Shown here: in pieces, positions 8,251 to 17,123 of the stretch
Layout: each line of letters starts with the position of its first letter
How positions within the stretch are numbered: position 1 is the first letter of the stretch
Assembly: GCA_009782505.1 (NCBI GenBank)
Contig: WRIW01000002.1
Location: forward strand, 57,360 to 121,359
Length of the DNA stretch: 64,000 nucleotides
Reading direction: 5' to 3'
DNA from: Clostridiales bacterium
GTDB taxonomy: Bacteria > Bacillota > Peptococcia > DRI-13 > UBA5745
Position numbers and translations under genes: made by a program
The notes under the pieces: model-generated
Database searches by the model: none
What the model was told of the DNA's origin: nothing
The model's input: the letters and a program-made list of their open reading frames with translations, nothing else

Positions 8251-8955
8251 ATGGGATATATCGCGGAAGGTTTTAAAAGCGCCGTCGAAATCATTCTTCG
8301 CTTTGACAGCGAATTCATTGAAGTCGTGCTGCGTTCGCTCTTCGTATCGGTCACGGCGACGATAGTCGCGTCGGCGGTCGCTATTCCGTTTTTCATGTTC
8401 CTTGGGCTGCGGAGGTTCAGGGGCGAGAGTATCATCTCTCGCCTCCTGAATACTTTCATGAGTACGCCTACCGTAGTTGTCGGGCTGGTGGTCATGTTGC
8501 TTCTGGCCAGGCGCGGGCCCTTTGGCGGCCTGAATCTGCTTTTCACGGTCAAGGCGATGATCATTGCCCAAATCATCCTGATTTTCCCGTTGGTATCGGC
8601 TATGACCTATGAGCTGGCGAAGCAGTCGGGGCGTACGATACAGCTTCTGGGGCGTACCCTGGGCGCCGGCGCCTTCCGGTCCGCGGCGCTGGCCATCATG
8701 GAACTGAAGGATGTCTTGTTCGTTTTTCTGATCACTACGTTTTCCCGGGCCATATCGGAAGTGGGCGCGGTGATGATGGTGGGCGGCAATATCAAAGGGC
8801 AGACGAATGTGATGACGACGACGATCTCGCGTTACAACTCGATGGGGGAGTATGAGTTGGCTATCGCCCTGGGCATCATTCTGCTGCTCACGTCCTGCGT
8901 GATCAACTGGATAGCCTATTCCCTCAAGGGAAAGAGCGTGAAGCATGGAAATTAG
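8251..8955 (+). CDS. tupB: Tungstate ABC transporter permease
   Basis: 234 aa polytopic membrane protein of the ABC type-1 permease family, located between tupA and the ATPase gene. Confidence 0.8.
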   Translation: MGYIAEGFKSAVEIILRFDSEFIEVVLRSLFVSVTATIVASAVAIPFFMFLGLRRFRGESIISRLLNTFMSTPTVVVGLVVMLLLARRGPFGGLNLLFTVKAMIIAQIILIFPLVSAMTYELAKQSGRTIQLLGRTLGAGAFRSAALAIMELKDVLFVFLITTFSRAISEVGAVMMVGGNIKGQTNVMTTTISRYNSMGEYELAIALGIILLLTSCVINWIAYSLKGKSVKHGN

Positions 8956-9553
8956 CGTACGTGATTTGAAGAAAACCTATGACGGCTTCAAGCTGGAGGC
9001 GCCGTCGGTGGTATTCCCTTCCGGCAGTGTCACCGCCCTTACCGGGCCAAACGGGAAAGGCAAAACGACCTTTCTGCGGATACTCGCGGGCCTGGACAGG
9101 TCTTATACAGGAGAGGTCGCATACGACGGGAAGCCCTTGAATGGGCAGGTGCGCCGCAGGATGACCATGACCTTTCAGACGCCTATGCCCCTTAACCGTT
9201 CGGTATACGCGAATATTGAGTACCCCTTGAAAATCCGCGGTATAGCCCGGCCTGCCCGCAAGGCGCGGGTGGAGCTGCTCATGGCTACGCTGTCCATCAG
9301 CCACCTGGCGAAGAAGAACGCCGCGAAGTTGTCCGGCGGGGAAAGCCAGAAAGCCGCCTTAGCCAGGGGGCTTTCCCTGGAGCCGCGGATACTGCTGCTG
9401 GACGAGCCTTTTTCCGCTATTGACCAGCAGTCCATCGATGATATGATAGGTTGTATAGCGGAGTATAACGTCGCGACGGGGGCTACGGTCATCCTGGTCA
9501 GCCACGACAATACCCACATCGGGAGGCTGTGCAACCGCATCGTGGAAATATAG
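8945..9553 (+). CDS. tupC: Tungstate ABC transporter ATP-binding protein
   Basis: Walker A GPNGKGKTT, signature LSGGESQK, Walker B ILLLDEP. It overlaps the tupB end. Confidence 0.8.
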   Translation: MEISVRDLKKTYDGFKLEAPSVVFPSGSVTALTGPNGKGKTTFLRILAGLDRSYTGEVAYDGKPLNGQVRRRMTMTFQTPMPLNRSVYANIEYPLKIRGIARPARKARVELLMATLSISHLAKKNAAKLSGGESQKAALARGLSLEPRILLLDEPFSAIDQQSIDDMIGCIAEYNVATGATVILVSHDNTHIGRLCNRIVEI

Positions 9554-9659
9554 GGCAAGGTAAGCGACGATATATGGAAGGAGTGTACTGTAGGTGGTAC
9601 ATGACTGACAATATAGAGGAAGCGGACGCGGCAAGAAGCGGAAAGGACAAGCGAGGATG
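9554..9659 (+). repeat. Copy A of a ~105-nt conserved leader element (partner at 50414..50518)
   Basis: My hand alignment to copy B is ungapped at roughly 70 percent identity. The shared core is GGAGTGTACT-N6-TGGTACATGAC, followed by a purine-rich tail that ends at the moeA ATG (9657). Confidence 0.7.
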
Positions 9660-10886
9660 GAGTTTTTGAAAGTTGATACCGTAGCTGCCGCCCGGCGGAA
9701 GCTGCTGGACAGCGCCAAGGGCTGGCTGGGCGCGGCGGAGCTGCTGCCCATCGAAGAAGCCCCGGGCAGGATACTGGCGGAGGACGTCTACGCCCCCGAG
9801 GATATACCTTCCTTCCGCCGCTCCACCGTGGACGGCTATGCCGTCGTATCCGGGGATACCGCCGCCGCTGGGGAAAGCATGCCGGTTTTCCTCAATGTGA
9901 AGGGCAGCGTAGAGATGGGTAAGACGGCCGCTTTTTCCATCAGCCGGGGCGAGTGCGGCGAGGTCCCTACGGGGGGCATGCTGCCGGAGGGGGCGGACGC
10001 CGTGGTGATGGTAGAGTACACCGAAGCCTTTGGCGGCGAGGGGGTGGCCATGTACCAAAGCGCGGCTTATGGGGAAAATGTCGTGCAGACCGGCGAGGAC
10101 GCCGGGGCGGGCGACCGGCTACTGCCAAAAGGGAAAACGCTCCTGCCCCAGGACATAGGCGCCCTGGCCGCCGCCGGCGTGGTGGAGGTATCCGTTTACA
10201 AAAAACCGCGGATCACCATACTATCCACCGGGGATGAGCTCATATCCCCCGCCGCCTATCCGGCGCCCGGGCAGATACGGGATATCAACACCTACGCCCT
10301 GGCGGCCCTGGCTGAGAAGAATGGCTACCTGGTCGTGGGCAAGTCCGTGCTGCCCGACGACGAAGGCGCCCTGGAGCGGACCATACGCGAGGGGATGAAG
10401 ACCAGCGACGTGGTAGCCGTATCCGGCGGCAGCTCCCAGGGTAAGAAGGACCTGACGAGGGAGATCATCGACCGGGCGTCTTCTCCGGGGGTTTACACCC
10501 ACGGCATGGCTATCAAGCCGGGCAAGCCGACGATCCTCGGCTACGATGATGCTTCCCATACGCTGCTGAGCGGGCTGCCGGGGCATCCCGTATCGGCGAT
10601 GATGGTCTTTGAGCTGCTCTTCGGCTGGCTGCTCCGGGAGATCACAGGAGGCGGACAGGCGCCTTTCATCCCGGCACGGATATCCTCCAATGTCCCCACC
10701 TCCCCGGGCAGGCTCACCTGCTGGCCGGTGAGGCTGGAGTGGGCCGAAGGCGGGATGACTGCCGATCCTGTATTTGGGAAGTCCGGCCTCATCACTACCC
10801 TGACGAAAGCCGGGGGCTACTTCGTCGTCGACCGGGATACGGAAGGCCTGAAAGCTGGGGAGACGGTGAAAGTATACTTGTTTTAG
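9657..10886 (+). CDS. moeA: Molybdopterin molybdenum/tungsten transferase MoeA
   Basis: 409 aa with a MoeA N/MoCF/C domain pattern (SFRRSTVDGYAV ... ILSTGDEL ... VSGGSSQGKKD). Confidence 0.85.
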   Translation: MEFLKVDTVAAARRKLLDSAKGWLGAAELLPIEEAPGRILAEDVYAPEDIPSFRRSTVDGYAVVSGDTAAAGESMPVFLNVKGSVEMGKTAAFSISRGECGEVPTGGMLPEGADAVVMVEYTEAFGGEGVAMYQSAAYGENVVQTGEDAGAGDRLLPKGKTLLPQDIGALAAAGVVEVSVYKKPRITILSTGDELISPAAYPAPGQIRDINTYALAALAEKNGYLVVGKSVLPDDEGALERTIREGMKTSDVVAVSGGSSQGKKDLTREIIDRASSPGVYTHGMAIKPGKPTILGYDDASHTLLSGLPGHPVSAMMVFELLFGWLLREITGGGQAPFIPARISSNVPTSPGRLTCWPVRLEWAEGGMTADPVFGKSGLITTLTKAGGYFVVDRDTEGLKAGETVKVYLF

Positions 10887-10941
10887 CGAGCCATGCGCTC
10901 AGTGCGTGGCGGGCGGATATCATGAAATCGGAGGGGTTCAA

Positions 10942-12855
10942 ATGGCGGAGCGTAACCTATATTTAACTAACCTGCCGGTGGAAGAAGCGTTGGGGCTCTT
11001 TACGAAGGCGCTGGAGCCTTACCGGAAGACGGATACCGAGACGGTTGAGGTGATCCATTCCTTAGGCCGGGTGACGGCGGAGGCAGTATACGCCTTGAAG
11101 AACTCGCCCTTATATGACAGCGCCGCTATGGACGGCGTCGCCGTGGTCAGCGCCCGGACGAAGGGTGCGGGGGAAAGCGCCCCCCTCACATTGAGGCAGG
11201 GGGAGGATTTCATCCCCGTGGATACCGGAGACCCGGTACGCCCCCCCTACGATGCGGTCATTATGGCGGAGGATATACAGGACGCCGGGGAAGGCGCCAT
11301 TCTGATACGGGCGGCGGCTGCGCCCTGGCAGGACATACGGCCGGTGGGGGAGGATATCGTCCAGGGGGAGATGATACTCCCTGGGGGACATAAGATACGG
11401 CCCATGGACGTCGGGGTGCTGCTTTCCGGCGGGATCACGGCCATCGAAGCGCGCAGGCGCCCGGAAGTGGCCATCATCCCTACGGGCACCGAGATGATCG
11501 AGCCGGGGGACGAGATCAGGGAAGATAGCATCATCGAGTCCAATTCCCGCATGCTGGAGGGGCTGGTGGCCCAGGGCGGCGGCGTCCCGGTCAGATTCGC
11601 CCCCGTGCCGGACGAGTATGATTTGATCAAGGGGCGCTTAATGGAGGCTGCGCAGCGCTACGACATGGTGCTCATCTGCGCGGGTACAAGCGCTGGCAGG
11701 GAGGACTATACGGTACATGCCTTGCGGGAGCTTGGGGAGGTGGCCGTACATGGGGTAGCCGTCAAGCCGGGGAAACCGGTGATCCTGGCTGTGGTAAGCG
11801 GCAAACCTGTAGTGGGCGTGCCGGGGTATCCCGTGTCGGCTTTCCTGGCGTATGATAACTTCGCGGCGCCTGTCCTGGAAGCCATGACGGGGCTTCGGAA
11901 GACCTCGGCGCCCGTGGTAAAAGCGGCGCTGACCCGCAGGCTCGTATCATCGCTCAAGCACAGGGAATACGTGCGCGTCAAAGTAGGCCGTATCGGAGAG
12001 CGCCTTGTGGCTTCGCCCCTCGCCCGGGGCGCCGGCGCCGCCATGTCCCTGGTCAGGGCGGACGGCTTCTGCATCATCGGCCAGGACGTGGAAGGCCTTG
12101 AGGCCGGGAGCGAGGTGGATGTGGCGCTTTACCGGGGGCTGGATGAGCTTGAAGGCGCCCTGGTCAGCATAGGCAGCCACGACCTGATCCTGGACGTCGT
12201 CGCGGACCTGACGCCCAGGCGCTTTCCCGGGATAAATGTATCCAGCACCCATGTCGGCAGCATGGGCGGCTTGCTTGCGCTGAAGAGCGGCGAGGCCCAC
12301 ATCGCGCCCACCCACCTCCTGGACGGGGAGACCGGCGAGTATAACATCCCTGCCATCAAGGAGCTATTTGCCGGACGGCAAATGGCCCTGATCAAAGGCG
12401 TAGGCCGCATCCAAGGAATCATGGTAGCGAAAGGGAACCCTCTGGGCGTAAGCGGCATAGGCGACTTGCCCCGCTGCCGGTATGTGAACCGCCAGCGGGG
12501 AGCGGGCACCCGCCTTCTGCTGGATTACCGCCTGAAAGCGGAAGGCATAGAGTCGTCCGCTATAGCGGGCTACGAACGTGAAGCGGCTACCCATATGGCG
12601 GTGGCGGCGGCTGTGGCGAGCGGCAGCGCGGACGCCGGGCTGGGGGTCCTCTCCGCGGCGAAGGCGATGGAACTGGACTTTGTCCCCGTCGGGAATGAAG
12701 AATACGACTTCGCCCTGCCCGCGGAGTACTTGGAACTGGAACAAGTCAAGGCGTTCATCCAGATACTGAAGAGCGGCGAGTTCCGTGATAAGCTGGAAGA
12801 GCTGGGCGGCTACAGCGCAGAGCGCTGCGGCGAGGTCATTCTCGTCGGCGGCTGA
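10942..12855 (+). CDS. MoeA paralog fused to a C-terminal periplasmic-binding-protein-like (oxyanion-binding type) domain
   Basis: Start placed at ATG 10942 after GGAGGGG. The MoeA core (SAAMDGVAV ... IIPTGTEM ... CAGTSAGREDY) is followed by ~230 aa of PBP-like fold (SIGSHDLILDVVADL ... YVNRQRGAGTRLLLD). Confidence 0.8.
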   Translation: MAERNLYLTNLPVEEALGLFTKALEPYRKTDTETVEVIHSLGRVTAEAVYALKNSPLYDSAAMDGVAVVSARTKGAGESAPLTLRQGEDFIPVDTGDPVRPPYDAVIMAEDIQDAGEGAILIRAAAAPWQDIRPVGEDIVQGEMILPGGHKIRPMDVGVLLSGGITAIEARRRPEVAIIPTGTEMIEPGDEIREDSIIESNSRMLEGLVAQGGGVPVRFAPVPDEYDLIKGRLMEAAQRYDMVLICAGTSAGREDYTVHALRELGEVAVHGVAVKPGKPVILAVVSGKPVVGVPGYPVSAFLAYDNFAAPVLEAMTGLRKTSAPVVKAALTRRLVSSLKHREYVRVKVGRIGERLVASPLARGAGAAMSLVRADGFCIIGQDVEGLEAGSEVDVALYRGLDELEGALVSIGSHDLILDVVADLTPRRFPGINVSSTHVGSMGGLLALKSGEAHIAPTHLLDGETGEYNIPAIKELFAGRQMALIKGVGRIQGIMVAKGNPLGVSGIGDLPRCRYVNRQRGAGTRLLLDYRLKAEGIESSAIAGYEREAATHMAVAAAVASGSADAGLGVLSAAKAMELDFVPVGNEEYDFALPAEYLELEQVKAFIQILKSGEFRDKLEELGGYSAERCGEVILVGG

Positions 12856-12874
12856 GGGGCGCTTTCGTTTTTCC

Positions 12875-12903
12875 TTGACAAACACAAACGCCATGGATAT
12901 AAT
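12875..12903 (+). promoter_or_regulatory. Consensus sigma-70-type promoter of greA
   Basis: TTGACA (12875-12880), 17-nt spacer, TATAAT (12898-12903). Confidence 0.65.
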
Positions 12904-12944
12904 TATCGAAAGATTTCGGAAGATTAAGATTCCATATGAAGTTT

Positions 12945-12970
12945 GGCACTGGCCTCCAGTGCTTTGTTCA
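12945..12970 (+). promoter_or_regulatory. Terminator-like hairpin in the greA 5' leader
   Basis: GGCACTGG-CCT-CCAGTGCT followed by TTGTTCATT, ~40 nt downstream of the predicted TSS and 30 nt before the greA ATG. Confidence 0.4.
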
Positions 12971-13000
12971 TTAATGACAGAAAACGGGGTGTAAACAGAA

Positions 13001-13477
13001 ATGATGAAAGAGAAAGAAGTAGTCCTGACCAGGGAAGGGCTGCGAAAGCTGGAAGAGGAGCATGAAAACCTGAAGGCGGTCAAGCGCCGGGAAGTCGCCG
13101 AGCGCATCAAGCAGGCGATAGAGTTCGGCGATATCAGCGAAAACTCGGAGTTTGAGGACGCGAAAAACGAACAGGCTTTCATCGAGGGACGCATCCTCAC
13201 TTTGGATAAAATGCTGCGCAACGTCAAGGTCATCGAGGACACGGGCGAAGCGCAAAACCAGGTGACCCTGGGCTCCACGGTGATCCTGAAGGATTTAGAG
13301 TTCAATGAGACATTGGAGTACACCATCGTCGGGGCGGCGGAGGCCAACCCCATGAAAAACCGCATCTCTTACGAGAGCCCCGTGGGGGCGGCGGCCATGG
13401 GCCATGCCCAGGGGGACGAGCTGGAGGTACATGCTCCGGCCGGCGTCATGAAGTATATATTGGAAGAAATACGCTGA
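13001..13477 (+). CDS. greA: Transcription elongation factor GreA
   Basis: 158 aa with an N-terminal coiled coil (LTREGLRKLEEEHENLK...FGDISENSEFEDAK) and a C-terminal FKBP-like domain. Confidence 0.95.
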   Translation: MMKEKEVVLTREGLRKLEEEHENLKAVKRREVAERIKQAIEFGDISENSEFEDAKNEQAFIEGRILTLDKMLRNVKVIEDTGEAQNQVTLGSTVILKDLEFNETLEYTIVGAAEANPMKNRISYESPVGAAAMGHAQGDELEVHAPAGVMKYILEEIR

Positions 13478-13516
13478 ACACGCGAAGGAAAAGAGATAAA
13501 GGCATAAGGGTAGAGT

Positions 13517-15061
13517 ATGGCGAATGAGAATCAGCAGGATTTGTTAAGCGGCGGGCCTGAGGACGGGGAAGAGCAGATCAGGGAAGTCGGCGAGCAGCAG
13601 CGGATCCGGCAGGAGAAGCTGGAAGAGCTGCGCGCGGGGGGCATAGAGCCCTTCGGCGGGCGGTATGAGCAGACCCATCACGCGGCCGAGATCGTCGCCG
13701 GGTATGCGCGGTTGGAAAACCAAACCGTAGCCGTCGCCGGCAGGATGATGGCGAAAAGGGCTATGGGCAAGGCTTCTTTCGCCCATATACAGGACTTGAG
13801 CGGGCAGATACAGGTATACATCCGCCGGGACGACGTAGGGGAAGAAGCCTACGATTTATTTAAATCCCTCGACCTGGGCGATATCATCGGCGTGAAAGGC
13901 AAAGTCTTCACCACGAAGACGGGGGAGATATCCATACACGGGGAAGAACTATTGCTATTAAGCAAAGCCCTCCGCCCCCTTCCGGAGAAATGGCACGGCT
14001 TGAAGGACGTGGAGATCCGCTACCGGCAGCGCCATGTGGACCTGATCGCTAACCCGGAAGTGAAGGACGTATTCATCACCCGGAGCCGCGTCATCCAGGA
14101 GACCAGGAGTTACCTGACGGCAAAAGGCTTTCTTGAGGTGGAGACGCCTACGCTGCACAGTGTGGCGGCGGGGGCGGCGGCAAAACCTTTCGTCACCCAT
14201 CACAATGCCCTGGACATCGACTTGTATATGCGGATAGCCCTGGAGCTGCACTTAAAGCGTCTCATCGTAGGGGGGCTGGAGCGGGTATTCGAGATCGGGC
14301 GCGTATTCCGCAACGAAGGCATGGACACCAGGCACAATCCTGAGTTTACCTTGATGGAGCTGTATCAGGCCTACGCGGATTACAACGATATCATGGATCT
14401 CACGGAAGACCTGATCCGGACTGTTTGTCAAAAGGTGAAGGGCACGGCGAGGCTGACCTACCAGGGTGAGGATGTGGATCTGGAGACCCCTTGGCGGCGG
14501 GCTACCATGATCGAGCTGGTGAAGGAGTTTACCGGCGCCGATTACGACGAATGGGCGGACGTGGCCCAGGCGCGGCAAGCCGCGGCGGAGCTGGGTGTGA
14601 CCTTGAAGAAGGGCGATAGCCGGGGGCGGGTATTGCTGGAGATATTTGAGGAGAAGGTCGAGGATAAGCTCGTGCAGCCGGTGTTCGTCACGGGGCATCC
14701 GGTAGACGTATCTCCCCTGGCGGTGACATTGAAGGACAATCCCCAGCTTGCGGCGCGCTTCGAGCTTTTCATCACCGGGCGGGAGTTTGCCAACGCGTAC
14801 TCGGAGCTAAACGACCCGGTGGAGCAGAGGAGGCGCTTCCTCCGCCAGGCGGAGCAGATGGCCGGAGGGGACGACGACGCTCAGGCGGTAGACGATGATT
14901 ATGTCGCCGCTATGGAGCAGGGCATGCCGCCCACAGGGGGGCTGGGGATCGGCATGGACAGGCTGGTCATGCTGATTACGGATATGGCTTCCATCCGGGA
15001 CGTCATCCTCTTCCCCACCATGCGGCCTTTGATACCCCGCGACGCCGTACTGGGAGGATAA
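13517..15061 (+). CDS. lysS: Lysine--tRNA ligase (class II)
   Basis: 514 aa with an OB anticodon-binding domain and a class II core (RVFRNEGMDTRHNPEFT ... GGLGIGMDRLVM). Confidence 0.95.
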   Translation: MANENQQDLLSGGPEDGEEQIREVGEQQRIRQEKLEELRAGGIEPFGGRYEQTHHAAEIVAGYARLENQTVAVAGRMMAKRAMGKASFAHIQDLSGQIQVYIRRDDVGEEAYDLFKSLDLGDIIGVKGKVFTTKTGEISIHGEELLLLSKALRPLPEKWHGLKDVEIRYRQRHVDLIANPEVKDVFITRSRVIQETRSYLTAKGFLEVETPTLHSVAAGAAAKPFVTHHNALDIDLYMRIALELHLKRLIVGGLERVFEIGRVFRNEGMDTRHNPEFTLMELYQAYADYNDIMDLTEDLIRTVCQKVKGTARLTYQGEDVDLETPWRRATMIELVKEFTGADYDEWADVAQARQAAAELGVTLKKGDSRGRVLLEIFEEKVEDKLVQPVFVTGHPVDVSPLAVTLKDNPQLAARFELFITGREFANAYSELNDPVEQRRRFLRQAEQMAGGDDDAQAVDDDYVAAMEQGMPPTGGLGIGMDRLVMLITDMASIRDVILFPTMRPLIPRDAVLGG

Positions 15062-15062
15062 C

Positions 15063-17123
15063 ATGAGCGCAAAGGGAAAGAATGCCAATACGCCGATATC
15101 GGGTAAATTGCTTTCCGGCATGAGGTGGCTGGGGGTGATCGCGCTAGCGGCGTCTTTCGTCTGCGCGTCATGGGTCAACTTCGGCCTCAGGGCGCCGGTG
15201 GAAGCCCGGGACGATACCGTAGGCTTGCTGGTGGACTACGACGAGCTGAAGCGCCTGGCGGACGGCAGCCAGGATGTGACCTTCGCGGATATGGCGAGGA
15301 AGGCCGCCAAGGCGGGCGCTACCGGGCTTGTGGTAAGGGAACGTATACTGGCGGACTGGGAAAGCGCCGGGGATGTGCTGGTTCTGACCGGAGGGCAGCT
15401 GGAATTCTACCTGCGGTCCCAAAGCGCCGCCGATATAGGCGGGGGGCCCGCCCCTGAGGCCGACGGGACATATATATTGACGAAAGACCCTCTCGTTTAT
15501 GAGCAGATATTCTCCATGCTGGAAGCGAAGAGGCGGTATCCCCTGCCCTACGAATGCCCGGGGTATATGGCGATAGCCACCCATCTCCACTCGTCGGAGC
15601 GGGCGACTCTGGGGCTGGGCTTCCCCTTGAAGCAACTGGAAGAAGCCGCGGAGGAAGGGCTTCAGGTCATAGCCAGGATACGGAACTGGGAGCCCGTGCG
15701 GGAAGACAGCCTGGCGGAGGTCTTCCGCTGGACGGGGATGATACCGAACCTGGCGGGCGTCGGATTCAACGACATGTCCGTGCCCGGGGGCGGTGCGAAC
15801 GCCGTGCTCCAGGATCATCTGGCGGCGGCGATCCTACCTTTAGGCAAGCCGTTGATATCCTTTGAGTTCTATGACCAGGCAGGCCTCCCCGGCTTAGCCG
15901 CAAGGCTGGATCATCATGTGCTCCGGGCCCATGCCATCGCGGAAAACGAGCTGCGGAAGTACGCTAACGTGCGGGACGCCCTGGATAGGTATAACCTGGC
16001 GGCTACGGAGCGGAATATACGATACATCTATCTGAGGTTCTACGGGCTGGAAAACCCCGCCGCCTCCCTCATCAGCAATACAGATCTGATCAGCGAGGTG
16101 CGGGAAAGCCTGGCCGGCGAAGGGCTTCGCGTGGGAGATCCCACCGCCATACCGGATTTCCGGATATCTGTCCCGTTGCTGTACATAATGGGCCTGGGCG
16201 TCATCGCCGCCGGGGGCTGGCTCCTGGCGCTGGGGGCGGCGCCCTTTGCCGGGAAGAGGCTGTGTCTGCCGTACTTCGCCCTTCTGTGCGCGGGTTGCCT
16301 GGCTTGGGCCTTCCTCTTGATGAAGGCGCCGACGTTGTCCCGGAAGCTTTTTGCCCTGGCGGCGGCGGTGTTCTTCCCCAGCTTGGGCGTCGCGCTGGTA
16401 CTTAAAGGCGAAAGGCCGGCTATGGCGGACAAATTCAGGGCGGGGCAGGCGCTTTACGCACTGAAGTCCTATCTGGTCATGTCCGTATTTACCCTCATCG
16501 GCGCCATGGTCATGTCCGCCCTGCTGGCTGAGCCGGCGTTCATGCTTAAGCTGGATGGCTTCGTCGGCGTCAAGCTTGCCCATCTGGTCCCGCTGGTTCT
16601 GGCGCCCTGCGTCCTCTGGCTGCGGGAAGAAGGCCGCTTCGGGCTCATGTCCGGCACAGTCAGGGGCAATGTCCGCTTCTGGCAGCTTGCGGCGGGCCTG
16701 GTCATGCTGGCCGGGTTGGCCATCTATATCCTCCGGACAGGGAATGAAAGCCTGGGTACGGTCTCCGAGCTGGAGATGCGGATACGGCAGATACTGGACA
16801 GGATACTCGGCGTGCGGCCCAGGACGAAAGAGTTCCTCATCGGGCATCCCGCCATGCTGATACTGCTCTACTTCGGCTGCCGATTTAAGATGCTGCCGGT
16901 ACTGATGGTAGGCATGATCGGGCAGGTTTCCCTCATCAATACCTACGCCCATATCCATACTCCCGTCCGCGTATCCCTAATCCGGAGCTTTCACGGCTTA
17001 TGGATCGGGGCTGTGCTGGGCCTGGCTGCCATAGCCGTGATCATTTGGCTTGCCCGCCTGGCGCGGCGCGTCGGCGCCGGGGAAGGTGAAGAGGAAGGGG
17101 GTGGCGCGCGTGGCTTTTCGTAG
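15063..17123 (+). CDS. Large polytopic membrane protein, DUF5693-like (CsaB-associated)
   Basis: 686 aa with an N-terminal extracytoplasmic domain and then ~10 TM helices. It lies immediately upstream of and overlaps csaB. The family assignment is from memory of csaB neighbourhoods. Confidence 0.6.
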   Translation: MSAKGKNANTPISGKLLSGMRWLGVIALAASFVCASWVNFGLRAPVEARDDTVGLLVDYDELKRLADGSQDVTFADMARKAAKAGATGLVVRERILADWESAGDVLVLTGGQLEFYLRSQSAADIGGGPAPEADGTYILTKDPLVYEQIFSMLEAKRRYPLPYECPGYMAIATHLHSSERATLGLGFPLKQLEEAAEEGLQVIARIRNWEPVREDSLAEVFRWTGMIPNLAGVGFNDMSVPGGGANAVLQDHLAAAILPLGKPLISFEFYDQAGLPGLAARLDHHVLRAHAIAENELRKYANVRDALDRYNLAATERNIRYIYLRFYGLENPAASLISNTDLISEVRESLAGEGLRVGDPTAIPDFRISVPLLYIMGLGVIAAGGWLLALGAAPFAGKRLCLPYFALLCAGCLAWAFLLMKAPTLSRKLFALAAAVFFPSLGVALVLKGERPAMADKFRAGQALYALKSYLVMSVFTLIGAMVMSALLAEPAFMLKLDGFVGVKLAHLVPLVLAPCVLWLREEGRFGLMSGTVRGNVRFWQLAAGLVMLAGLAIYILRTGNESLGTVSELEMRIRQILDRILGVRPRTKEFLIGHPAMLILLYFGCRFKMLPVLMVGMIGQVSLINTYAHIHTPVRVSLIRSFHGLWIGAVLGLAAIAVIIWLARLARRVGAGEGEEEGGGARGFS

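Noticed and set aside
9595-9612. TGGTAC-N5-TGAC in the repeated leader element as a sigma-54 -24/-12 promoter.
   Set aside because: The -12 position is not conserved in copy B (CGAG), and the -24 element deviates from TGGCAC.
13478-13516. T-box leaders upstream of lysS (and of metG at 48630..48789).
   Set aside because: The spacers are 39 and 160 bp. This is too short, and they lack the conserved T-box sequence and specifier-loop architecture.
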